DNA of 64,000 nucleotides from Rickettsia typhi (GCA_945872855.1 CAMCAW010000003.1:7140-71139), one strand, 5' to 3'; positions 1 to 8,720 are shown, counted from the stretch's first letter. Notes: generated by a model from the sequence alone, not told the origin. Numbers and translations: made by a program.

Positions 1-1
1 A

Positions 2-1828
2 GCGGGTAGCGCAGGAGGAGCGACCGCCAGCGTAGACATCACCGCAATGCAGCTCCCTCAAGGAAATACTACGCTAGTGTTTAACCCGCCAGCTTCAGCA
101 TTTGCATCAAACACCATCAACACCACCGCAACCCTAACCGAAAGATTCTCAACCGCACTAACACAATCAGGAATAAACGGAATCTCGCAAGCTGCAGCAC
201 AATCTGCAATTAACGGCGATAGCTTTACGCAAGCTCTAAAAAATCAAGGGGTGAATCTGTTAATCAACGCAATCGGGCAAGTTGGCGCAAATGAAATCGC
301 CACCTCCGCAAAAGCAGGAAACATTAGCAACGCAACTCACATAGCAGCAACCACAACCCTAGGCTGCGCCATGGCAGTAGTAGGCGGAAACAACTGCGCC
401 GCAGGAGCCGCATCAAGTTTAGTTGGCGCAATAATTGGAGGATTTTCTTCGCAAAATCCCGATATTATTAACAAACAACAATCTACAGCAATCGCACAAT
501 TAGTAGGAGCAATAACAGCGGCAGCAATTGTTGGGCCAGATGGCGGCAATTCTGTTTTTGCCGCAAGCCAAATTGCGCAAACAACTCAGAATGTTTATAG
601 CGAGATTGGGGTTTTGTTCACACCAGAAGAGAAAAATCAGATTGATCAAGCTCTTATCGGAGGCAATTTAAGTAAGGCGCAAGAGCTTGTAAATCAATTC
701 TCACAAGGAAAAAATTTAACAGAAAATCAGAAGGAGAAGCTTGCTAATCTTTTTGAGGGAAATGTTTCTGAGAGTGAGTTTTTAGCGGATCTAACGCCAG
801 AGGATAAGGAGCAGATTTTATTGGTGGATGAAAAAACTAAGAAGCCTACTTCGATTGGGATTTTCTTTGAGGGGACGGATAATGATAGATATAGAGATGC
901 ATTTAATTTGACAGATCCTAGTAAGAATATCGAGTCGAATGTGGCTCGGTTGTTTGATCTTTATAATTGAAAGAGAATTTATTTAACTGGCGTTGGAAGT
1001 TCTGGCGGTCTGGATACTCTCTGTCAAGGTACTGGTTGCGGAGCCAGTGGAAAACAAAATTATGCCTCGAAACAAATCCTAGAATATTACAATCCAGAAA
1101 ATCCAAAACTACTAGTAATTGATAAGGTTGGAGCTAGTCGCGGAGGGCCTATCGCGCGAGACTTCGGTAACAAACTTATAACAAATGGCGTGCTTGATTC
1201 ACAGGGCAATCAAGCAATCCCGCCTCAGTTTATAATCCTCCGTTCAGAATTATTATTCGACAGCGTTGCTTCCTTCGGCATCTCAGGAAACGGTATTGAC
1301 TGGGGCAAAGATTTCTCAATCCCAAAAAACACAATTGCAATTCAAGCTGTCGCCGCTGATGAAGGGCGAAATCACTTCGACCTACAATCAATAAAATTCT
1401 CTGATGGAACTTTGGCAAATCCAAATTGGATTGAACAAAGCTTTGCGGGCGCTCATTCTGATATTCTTGGAAGTTATGCGCAGGGCTATCAAGGTAAAAA
1501 TAATGATATTCAGTTTTACACACTCAACTGGATGGCGAATCAAGCTAATCAATCAATACCTCCGCTAAATGAAGGCGAGCGTATTTTTCAACCAGTGCCG
1601 CAAAATCAACAACCATCGCCATATTTTGAGGCGATGTATAACCTTTATAATCAAGCTTCTACGACTTATAACCAAAATCCAAATGAAGAGAATAAAATCA
1701 CTTTGGATGCCGCAAAATCAATCTTGAATGATAAATATATTCACAGTGAAGATTGGAGTGCGCCTTGGAATTATAACATCGGAAGTGGTAGAGGGGTGTT
1801 TTATCCGAATGATCAGCTTTTAAAATAA
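2..1828 (+). pseudogene. 3' part of a polymorphic (CdiA/FhaB-type) toxin gene with a DUF2235/Tle1-like alpha/beta-hydrolase C-terminal domain. The frame is open from the window edge and is interrupted by a single in-frame TGA at 968-970.
   Basis: Track ORFs 47-970 and 1190-1828 are in the same frame, and no other stop lies between 971 and 1189. A pretoxin-like Cys-pair segment is present (HIAATTTLGCAMAVVGGNNCAAGAASSLVGAIIGG). DUF2235 motifs occur in the expected order: IGIFFEGTDN, NVARLF, (TGA), YLTGVGS, GASRGG (GxSxG), FAGAHSDILG. Confidence 0.6.
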
Positions 1829-1852
1829 AAATTAAATTTAAAGAGAATTATT

Positions 1853-2305
1853 ATGAAAATTTTTAGTAGAGTGTTTTTGGGAGTCATTTTTATTTCTTTG
1901 GTTTCTTGTGCTCCGATTTCTTCTCCAAGAATTAGCTTGGAAAATGATAGTTATGGCTTTATACACAATATTAAGGGAAATTGGAATAAGATAAATATTC
2001 TGGGGCGCACTAAATTGAACCCTGGACAATCTAGTTCCGAAAATTTCTACCTAAAATCCAAATCAGAAATCTTTGGCCCAGTCCATTTGCAATGGGAAAA
2101 CGCCGCTGGTAAAAAATTTACCAAAGATTTTATCTTCGAAGAATCGCAATTAAGTTTTGATAGAAAAAATGGATACATTGAAAAGAATATATGCTTCTAC
2201 TTCACCCAAGAAGGCGTAGAAACTTATATCTCCCAAGGATGGCCAGATCGATGTGCAATTCAAAAAAGAGAAGGAAAACAAATTAATAAATCATCACAAA
2301 AATAA
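1853..2305 (+). CDS. Small lipoprotein, candidate cognate immunity protein (copy 1).
   Basis: The 150-aa ORF starts 24 nt after the toxin stop. It has a signal peptide with a lipobox (FISLVS-C). Its position immediately 3' of a toxin CT domain fits an immunity gene. Confidence 0.55.
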   Translation: MKIFSRVFLGVIFISLVSCAPISSPRISLENDSYGFIHNIKGNWNKINILGRTKLNPGQSSSENFYLKSKSEIFGPVHLQWENAAGKKFTKDFIFEESQLSFDRKNGYIEKNICFYFTQEGVETYISQGWPDRCAIQKREGKQINKSSQK

Positions 2306-2361
2306 ATCTCAAAAGTGATGATAGAAAATTATAAAATATTCAGAGAACGTCCCACATTCCG

Positions 2362-2487
2362 TTGGATGCCGCAAAATCAATTTTAAATGATAAATATATT
2401 CACAGTGAAGATTGGAGTGCGCCTTGGAATTATAACATCGGAAGTGGGCGCGGAGTGTTTTATCCGAATGATCAGCTTTTAAAATAA
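2362..2487 (+). pseudogene. Orphan 3' remnant of the toxin gene (last ~42 codons, no start codon).
   Basis: It translates to LDAAKSILNDKYIHSEDWSAPWNYNIGSGRGVFYPNDQLLK*, which is nearly identical to the end of the 1190-1828 ORF. The upstream sequence 2306-2361 is unrelated. Confidence 0.8.
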
Positions 2488-2511
2488 AAATTAAATTTAA
2501 AGAGAATTATT

Positions 2512-2997
2512 ATGAAAATTTTGAATAGAATATTTTTTGGACTCGTTTTTATTTCTTTGGTTTCTTGTGCTCCGATTTCTTCTCCGGGAATTAAGTTTGA
2601 AAATTATAGTTATGGCTTTATACGCAATATTAAGGGAAACTGGAATAAGATAAATATTCTGGGGAGTACCGAATTGAACCCTGGACAATCTAGTTCCGAA
2701 AATTTCTACCTAAAATCCAAATCAGAAATCTTTGGCCCAGTCCATTTACAATGGGAAAACGCCGCTGGTAAAAAATTTACCAAAGATTTTATTTTCGAAG
2801 AATCGCAATTAGATTTTGATAGAAAGCATGGATATATCGGAAAAGACATATATTTCTACTTCACGCAAGAAGGCGTAGAAATGCACATTTCCCAAGGATG
2901 GCCAGATCAATACATACTTCAAAAAAGAAGAAAGGGGCTAGCTGAATCTCAAAAACAAATTAATAAATCATCACAAGGCAAGGTGCCTCAAATCTAA
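2512..2997 (+). CDS. Small lipoprotein, paralogue of 1853-2305 (candidate immunity copy 2).
   Basis: The 161-aa ORF has the same lipobox (FISLVS-C). It is highly similar to copy 1, with substitutions concentrated in the N-terminal third and a longer C-terminus. Confidence 0.55.
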   Translation: MKILNRIFFGLVFISLVSCAPISSPGIKFENYSYGFIRNIKGNWNKINILGSTELNPGQSSSENFYLKSKSEIFGPVHLQWENAAGKKFTKDFIFEESQLDFDRKHGYIGKDIYFYFTQEGVEMHISQGWPDQYILQKRRKGLAESQKQINKSSQGKVPQI

Positions 2998-3054
2998 CAC
3001 ACTCTCTCCCTTCATAAATTCATAAAATTTGGTTACCTGAAAAGGCAGGAAATA

Positions 3055-3264
3055 TTGTGCCGAGAGAGACAAAAGGCTTTAACTTATTTAAATAATATCT
3101 TGGGAATCGAGGCTCCTAAGGAGCGCGAGAAGATTGCAGATTTTAGTGAATCAGAAAAAGAAAATATGAAAATAATTGACTCAATTAAGGCTGAGAACCC
3201 GAGTCTTGATAATGTGCAATTTGAAAAAAAACTAGAGAAAATTTCTTTTGGGAAAAAGACTTAA
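3055..3264 (+). CDS. Hypothetical small ORF (69 aa, TTG start); doubtful.
   Basis: It is only an open frame. I recognise no RBS or motif. Confidence 0.2.
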   Translation: MCRERQKALTYLNNILGIEAPKEREKIADFSESEKENMKIIDSIKAENPSLDNVQFEKKLEKISFGKKT

Positions 3265-3269
3265 AAAAC

Positions 3270-4136
3270 CTAGGTATCTTCTCCTGGGATAATTTCTTTT
3301 ATTGATAAAACTCGATAAAATTTAGGGGTGTTATTTCTATCTGTTTCTACATTAACATCTACTCGGTAAGAAGCCCTAAGAGGGTTCATTTTTGGATCGC
3401 CTTTTAGGCTCATTACCCTATCCCTATCAATTTCAGAAATTATAAATATTGGTAAATCCTTTCCAGATATCGCTTTTATTATCGCTCTTTCTGTAGTTTT
3501 GCCATCAGCCTTTGATTTATCTATGTTGGCTTGATAGAAATACATCAAAACATCTTTGTAATCAGCATCGCTTTTTTCTTCTAAAATACTTTGAGCCAAT
3601 AATGCACCTTTCTGAGCTTCAAAAACCTCATCGCTTTTGTATTCGAATTTTATATGAATTTTTTTATTTTCAGTTTCATTTGAATATTCCGCGACTGAGA
3701 GCCCTAATTTTCCTTTTTTTGAAGCTACCTGCAAGAACTGAGCTACATCTTCACATTGTTTTTTAGAGTATTCGATCTCTTCAGCTTTAATACTTTTTAC
3801 ATCCCTCTTAGATAAGGCTCTGAAGAAGCCAATAGCCTTATCTACATTTTCAATAAATTTGACAAAAATATCCGTATAGTTTGCCACACTAACCAGCATT
3901 CCCAAGACATCTACCGCACCAGCTAATTCAGCTAGAATGCAATTATTCTCTATTTTTGTTATGTATAGCTTGATATCATTTATATCTTTAACCTTTTTAC
4001 CTTGAGATCGCAGCTCATCTGTTAAATGTTTTCTATATTGTTTTGCAAGAGAGCCGAAAGACAGGGTAAGCTCTGTCAATTCTATTGGCTCATGTATGTC
4101 GAAATGTAATAATATTCTAGCGTCGCTAACTGACAT
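3270..4136 (-). CDS. Hypothetical cytoplasmic protein, 288 aa, with no recognisable domain.
   Basis: It is a long ORF with coding-like composition, no signal peptide and no TM segment. It is an isolated gene flanked by AT-rich non-coding DNA and an IS remnant. Confidence 0.6.
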   Translation of the reverse strand: MSVSDARILLHFDIHEPIELTELTLSFGSLAKQYRKHLTDELRSQGKKVKDINDIKLYITKIENNCILAELAGAVDVLGMLVSVANYTDIFVKFIENVDKAIGFFRALSKRDVKSIKAEEIEYSKKQCEDVAQFLQVASKKGKLGLSVAEYSNETENKKIHIKFEYKSDEVFEAQKGALLAQSILEEKSDADYKDVLMYFYQANIDKSKADGKTTERAIIKAISGKDLPIFIISEIDRDRVMSLKGDPKMNPLRASYRVDVNVETDRNNTPKFYRVLSIKEIIPGEDT

Positions 4137-4240
4137 TTAAAAAGAAGTTTATTATTTGAATTTTGTTAAATTATTCGTATTAATTTTATTATTCTATCTC
4201 TTTGATGAAAAGATTTTAAAAATCTTGCCACCTGTATTAA

Positions 4241-4573
4241 GCGGAAGTCAGGCTGATCGACCTTGAAGAAAAATGGGGTAAAAAATATCCGCTAGTTTTA
4301 AAATCTTGGAATAATAACTGGCATAATTTATCAGGATATTTTAAATATTATGCGGAAATTAGGAAAATGATTTATATCACAAATGCTGTGGAGGGCCTGC
4401 ACAGACAGATCCGCAAGGTTACCAAAACTAAGGGTGCTTTTACCAGCCAAGCAGCGCTTGAGAAATTAATTTATTTGGCGATTAAAAATATCGCGAAGAA
4501 ATGGAATAATCAGCCAGTGCAAAATTGGAGCCTGATTGTTGGGCAGCTGGATATATTTTTGCAGGCAGGCTGA
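4241..4573 (+). mobile_element. IS256-family (mutator-type) transposase, C-terminal ~110-aa remnant only.
   Basis: The frame translates to AEVRLIDLEEKWGKKYPLVLKSWNNNWHNLSGYFKYYAEIRKMIYITNAVEGLHRQIRKVTKTKGAFTSQAALEKLIYLAIKNIAKKW. This matches the conserved C-terminal block of IS256 transposases (W.KKYP..., IYTTNAIE.LN...RK..K..G.FP). A stop lies directly upstream and no N-terminal or DDE region is present. Confidence 0.8.
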
Positions 4574-4609
4574 GGTTGGATTTAGCCTAAAGAGGGATTT
4601 GACACGGAG

Positions 4610-5302
4610 TTATGGACGTTGCCAATTGGTTTCATTTCTAAGTTCATAGTTATATGTTCCGAGAGGCATTTTATCTGCATCAACCTCAATAAAAAACTCC
4701 TTAATATATTCATCTCGATATGGAATAGACATAATTCTTTTTAAAATAGTTTCTCCTTCCTTATTCCAATATTTTTTCCAAGTTTTTTCTGGGCTTTCAA
4801 ATGTTATAACGTATACATAGCTCTCTTTGTCATTAATTAAAAAAAACTTGTGAACTATTATAGGTACTGCTGCAACTGACGCATTGCGGAATCTGTAAAT
4901 AATGCTTTTTACAACACTTTTATCATTCACACTTAACGAAAGTTGTCTATTTTCCTTTCTATCTGCAATATCTTGTATTAAAGATAGGGCCACAACAGAT
5001 GCTGGATTTTTATACTTCGCCTGCACATTCCTTAATACTTGAATCGTCAGGCCAGTTTCAAATATACCTTTTTCTTTGAATGGCTCTAGGGAGGTTATGT
5101 AGGTATTTTCTATTTTGTAATCAGTCCAATTATGAGGTTTTAAAATTGCGATTCCTTTGAAATAAGTCCATTCATAGCCGCGTGGCGCTTTGGGAATTAA
5201 CTGAAGTAATTGTTCAGGTTCATTTTGTTTTGAAGCGTTTTGATGGGTGCATGATGGTAAAATTTGAGATATGATTAGTAAAAATAATAATTTGAATTTC
5301 AT
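4610..5302 (-). CDS. Hypothetical lipoprotein.
   Basis: The internal start MKFKLLFLLIISQILPS-C gives a signal peptide plus lipobox. The longer track start adds a non-hydrophobic extension. Confidence 0.55.
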   Translation of the reverse strand: MKFKLLFLLIISQILPSCTHQNASKQNEPEQLLQLIPKAPRGYEWTYFKGIAILKPHNWTDYKIENTYITSLEPFKEKGIFETGLTIQVLRNVQAKYKNPASVVALSLIQDIADRKENRQLSLSVNDKSVVKSIIYRFRNASVAAVPIIVHKFFLINDKESYVYVITFESPEKTWKKYWNKEGETILKRIMSIPYRDEYIKEFFIEVDADKMPLGTYNYELRNETNWQRP

Positions 5303-5361
5303 TTTATTGCGTTTTTTAGTTAACATAGCGCATCCCAAAATTCAGACCAAAAACTCTTCAA

Positions 5362-6102
5362 TTATTGCATCGGCAGCGGAATCACCGGTAAAGCTGGTGG
5401 CGCACCATTCGCGCTAGAAGAATTTGCCGCCTTCTGCTTCTCTTGCTCTTGCTTCAAAAATGCTGGCGGAACTTTTATTTCTTGATTGCCGCTTGCATCT
5501 GCCGCAGGAGGATTTCCTACTACCGTCGCCGCAGCGCCTCCAGCCCCTGCAGCGCCATCTGCCGAAGCTCTCACCCCCTGAACCTGCGTAACCGCTCCTC
5601 CCATAGGCTGGGTTGCAATTAATTGTGGCGCTGCTTGAGTTATTGTATTTGGTTGCGCAGCAGCCGCAGCACCCTGATTCGGCGCATTCTGCGTTGCATC
5701 TTTTTTCACATAAAGATTCTGCAAATAATTGTTTAAAGTTGGATCGTTTTTAATTCGCTCTTGCCGCTCTCTAACTTTCGCTTCTAAAAATTTTTCTTTT
5801 TCTTCATTTTCTTTATCGAAGATTTTTTTGTAAGAGGCGATAGAGAGGCATTTATTCTCATGCCAGCAACGACCTTTGCCGCAGTCGCAGGCATAGGTTA
5901 TGGCGCTGGTGCAAATGTCATATTTATCGAATTTACTTTCGCAGCTATCGCCGCAACCATTGCCAAATTCGCGCCACACACCTTTATTTTCGTCGCAAAT
6001 TTGGCGATCATCGAACGAGGTTTGGCGCGCATATTGAGCATTAGCAAGGGTTGCGCTGAATAGGAAAAAAAATAATAGAACAAATTTTTTTGTAATTTTC
6101 AT
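5362..6102 (-). CDS. Secreted protein with a Cys-rich N-terminal module, a coiled-coil segment and an Ala/Gly/Pro/Gln low-complexity tail.
   Basis: Start chosen at MKITKKFVLLFFFLFSATLANA (signal peptide). The track start at 6180 would overlap the leuB 3' end. About 10 Cys fall within roughly 60 residues (CDENKGVWREFGNGCGDSCESKFDKYDICTSAITYACDCGKGRCWHENKC). Confidence 0.55.
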   Translation of the reverse strand: MKITKKFVLLFFFLFSATLANAQYARQTSFDDRQICDENKGVWREFGNGCGDSCESKFDKYDICTSAITYACDCGKGRCWHENKCLSIASYKKIFDKENEEKEKFLEAKVRERQERIKNDPTLNNYLQNLYVKKDATQNAPNQGAAAAAQPNTITQAAPQLIATQPMGGAVTQVQGVRASADGAAGAGGAAATVVGNPPAADASGNQEIKVPPAFLKQEQEKQKAANSSSANGAPPALPVIPLPMQ

Positions 6103-6154
6103 TTTTTTCGAGAAACTATTTTTGATCGAGTCAAGCGCGCCGCGCCACAGAGAG

Positions 6155-7258
6155 CTATTGTAAAACTTTTTGCAACTCACTCAAAACCTCGTCACCCATT
6201 TGCGAGCAAGAAATTTTATCCTCGCCAGATCTAGCAATATCAGCAGTGCGCAGGCCTTTATTCAAAACATTTTCAATCGCTTTTTCAATTGCGTCAGCTT
6301 CTTTTGCATAGCCAAATGAGTATCTGAACATCATCGCCAAACTAGAAATTGTTGCGATAGGGTTTGCCACGTTGCGGCCAGCAATATCAGGTGCCGAACC
6401 GTGCACTGGCTCATAAAGAGCATGCTGTTTTCCTGCAATTTTTGCCCCCAAAGAAGCCGAAGGCAACATGCCAAGAGATCCCGTCAACATTGAGGCCACG
6501 TCAGATAAAATATCGCCAAACATATTGCCAGTAACCATCACATCAAATTGCTTGGGGCTGCGCACCAACTGCATCGCGGCGTTGTCAACATACATGTGCG
6601 AAAGCGCAATTTCGGGATATTTTGCTACACCAATTTCAGTAACAACTTGGCGCCACATTTCTGTAGTTTCGATAACATTTGCTTTATCGATTGAGCAAAG
6701 TTTTTTGCCGCGAATTTTGGCTAAATCAAACGCTACATAAGCAATTCTTTCTACTTCGGTCGAAGTGTATGTCATGGTGTTGAAGCCGCGTCTGGTGCCG
6801 TCTGGCAAGGTTTCAACGCCGCGCGGTTGGCCAAAATATAGATCGCCCGTAAGTTCGCGCACAATCATAATATCTAGACCTTCAACCACTTCTCTTTTTA
6901 AAGTAGAGCTATCAACCAAAGCATCGAAAACCTTAGCGGGGCGTAGGTTGGCGAAGAGTTGCAATTCTTTTCTAATGCCAAGCAAGCCGCGTTCTGGGCG
7001 ATGTTTATATTCTAAACTTTCCCATTTTGGGCCGCCAACTGCGCCAAGCAAAATTGCATCAGCATCTTTTGCGAGTTTTAAAGTTTCATCAGGGAAGGGC
7101 GTTCCAACCGCGTCATAAGCGCATCCGCCAAGTAGGGCGTTTTCGGTTTCAAACTTTTTGTCGGTGTTTTTAGTGAAGAAATCGATGATTTTTTTCGTTT
7201 GCAAAACTACTTCGGGGCCAATGCCATCGCCGTTTATTAATAGAATTTTTTTTGTCAT
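6155..7258 (-). CDS. leuB: 3-isopropylmalate dehydrogenase.
   Basis: Motifs [19 protein letters not shown] and [12 protein letters not shown] are present. Length is 367 aa. Confidence 0.85.
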   Translation of the reverse strand: MTKKILLINGDGIGPEVVLQTKKIIDFFTKNTDKKFETENALLGGCAYDAVGTPFPDETLKLAKDADAILLGAVGGPKWESLEYKHRPERGLLGIRKELQLFANLRPAKVFDALVDSSTLKREVVEGLDIMIVRELTGDLYFGQPRGVETLPDGTRRGFNTMTYTSTEVERIAYVAFDLAKIRGKKLCSIDKANVIETTEMWRQVVTEIGVAKYPEIALSHMYVDNAAMQLVRSPKQFDVMVTGNMFGDILSDVASMLTGSLGMLPSASLGAKIAGKQHALYEPVHGSAPDIAGRNVANPIATISSLAMMFRYSFGYAKEADAIEKAIENVLNKGLRTADIARSGEDKISCSQMGDEVLSELQKVLQ

Positions 7259-7268
7259 GCGTTTTTAA

Positions 7269-7571
7269 TTATTCAAATGTTTTTAACTCTGCAAATAGCT
7301 TAGCTCTAAGCTCTTCGCCATTTTTATCTAGCCAGTTATGCGATGAATTGTCGAAAGAAAAATAATCTGCCCCACTTAAAGGTGAAGAATACCAAATTTT
7401 TTCATTAGCGCTGTTGCGGTTAACAACATATTCTTGCTCGCTAGAGTGAACCAATATTGTTAATATTCCATCAGAACATTCAACGTCAAAAATTGAATTA
7501 ACATCACGTTTTTCAATCTCATCAGCAAGCTCGATAAGAAAATTTTCTGATTGTTTATAGAAAGATAGCAT
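7269..7571 (-). CDS. cyaY: Frataxin-like iron-sulfur assembly protein CyaY.
   Basis: A 100-aa protein with the pattern GILTI...YVVNRNSANEKIWYSSPLSG..F. Confidence 0.75.
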   Translation of the reverse strand: MLSFYKQSENFLIELADEIEKRDVNSIFDVECSDGILTILVHSSEQEYVVNRNSANEKIWYSSPLSGADYFSFDNSSHNWLDKNGEELRAKLFAELKTFE

Positions 7572-7574
7572 AAA

Positions 7575-8168
7575 TTATGGATAAAGGTTAACAACTTCCC
7601 AGCCCTTGCCAGACTTGGTGTAAAGCTCTCTTTGATGAATACGAAAATTGCCTTCTTGCCAAAATTCTATTTTTTGCGGAACAAGGCGAAAACCAGACCA
7701 GAAGGGCGGACGTGGCACATCTTGATCGGCAAAATTCTCGCCAATTTCATCTAGCCTTTGCTGAAATTCGGCCTGATTTTCCATTGCGCAAGATTGCTTC
7801 GAAGCCCATGCCCCAACTTGGCTGCCGCGTCTTCGTGAGGCGAAATAATCGTCGGCTTCTTTGGCCGAAACTTTCTCTACTTCGCCTTCAATACGCACTT
7901 GCAGCCCCAAAATTCCCCAATAAAAACACAAAGCCACATTGTGATTATGCGCCAATTCTTTGCCCTTGCGACTGGTAAGATTGGTAAAAAAACAAAATCC
8001 TCGCTCATCAAATTTTTTAAGTAAAATCATGCGTGCCGAAGGACGGTTATTTTCATCGACAGTGGCAAGGCACATGGCTGTAGGCTCTACAATCTCAGAT
8101 TTTGCATTTGCTTTCTTAAGCCACTCTGCAAAAATGTCGAAAGGAATTTTGTGATCAACTATTTTCAT
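7575..8168 (-). CDS. pdxH: Pyridoxamine 5'-phosphate oxidase.
   Basis: Motifs RMILLK.FDERGF.FFTN..S.KG.EL, QVRIEG and FWQ....RIH.R are present. Confidence 0.85.
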   Translation of the reverse strand: MKIVDHKIPFDIFAEWLKKANAKSEIVEPTAMCLATVDENNRPSARMILLKKFDERGFCFFTNLTSRKGKELAHNHNVALCFYWGILGLQVRIEGEVEKVSAKEADDYFASRRRGSQVGAWASKQSCAMENQAEFQQRLDEIGENFADQDVPRPPFWSGFRLVPQKIEFWQEGNFRIHQRELYTKSGKGWEVVNLYP

Positions 8169-8211
8169 AATGTTATTTATCGCCGCTCCAGCGTAAAAAT
8201 TAAAAATTAAT

Positions 8212-8703
8212 ATGTCAAAAAAACAGGCTATAATTTTATTGTTAACCGCAATATTACTCGGTTTTTTAATGATTCCACCTTTTAATTATATTTGTCGACT
8301 TACCAATAAATGCTATCCAATTATTCTGTCCTATTATCTGCCAAAAAATATCGGAAAAGAGCGCTACGAAATATTTTTTATGACCAAAGATTATTCAGAA
8401 GATGTGCAATTCACCGCCACTTCGCGCTCTAAAATTGTTAACTCAGGAGACGACGTTTTTGTAATTTATCGCGCTAAAAACATTTCTAATCACGAAGTAA
8501 AAATTCGTCCAATGCCTTATGTAGAGCCAGACGAGGCCAATAAATATATCAAGTTTTATGAATGTCTATGTTTTCGCGAACATAAAATTAAAGCGGGCGA
8601 AACTATTAATTTAATGGTGAAGATGAATTTGAATCGCGCAATTGAAAAAGACCCATTTTTTAAGCAAAGCAGAGTGATTGTAGTAGGATATGAGGTTGAT
8701 TAA
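8212..8703 (+). CDS. ctaG: Cytochrome c oxidase assembly protein CtaG/Cox11.
   Basis: It has an N-terminal TM segment and a YIKFYECLCF.EH.IKAGE motif corresponding to the Cox11 K.(Q/E)CFCF..Q.L..GE copper site. Confidence 0.65.
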   Translation: MSKKQAIILLLTAILLGFLMIPPFNYICRLTNKCYPIILSYYLPKNIGKERYEIFFMTKDYSEDVQFTATSRSKIVNSGDDVFVIYRAKNISNHEVKIRPMPYVEPDEANKYIKFYECLCFREHKIKAGETINLMVKMNLNRAIEKDPFFKQSRVIVVGYEVD

Positions 8704-8720
8704 ATATGCTTTGCGAAAAA

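Larger units (their letters stand above)
1703..2976. repeat. Tandem duplication with a 659-bp offset. Copy 1 is 1703-2300 and copy 2 is 2362-2976. Each copy holds the last ~42 codons of the toxin, the spacer, and a lipoprotein gene.
   Basis: Direct alignment by eye. ttggatgccgcaaaatcaat...ccgaatgatcagcttttaaaataaaaattaaatttaaagagaattattatgaaaat occurs at 1703 and again at 2362. Homology continues to aaattaataaatcatcacaa (2281-2300 and 2957-2976), with scattered substitutions and a small insertion near the end of copy 2. Confidence 0.9.

Noticed and set aside
968-970. The in-frame TGA might be a sense codon, either under a UGA=Trp genetic code or as selenocysteine.
   Set aside because: TGA ends murD (27440-27442) and the alkaline phosphatase gene (39701-39703) at natural protein C-termini, so the standard code applies. 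No convincing stem-loop follows the TGA, and the aligned DUF2235 position is not a catalytic Cys.
2998-3269. A third, degenerate toxin-tail/immunity unit might lie after the second lipoprotein gene.
   Set aside because: There is no nucleotide similarity to the 659-bp repeat unit. The weak SESE/KE-rich resemblance to the toxin linker is compositional.
4367-4573. The 68-aa ORF might be an intact small gene.
   Set aside because: It is the tail of an IS256-family transposase. The reading frame continues upstream to 4241 without a start codon, and the catalytic region is missing.
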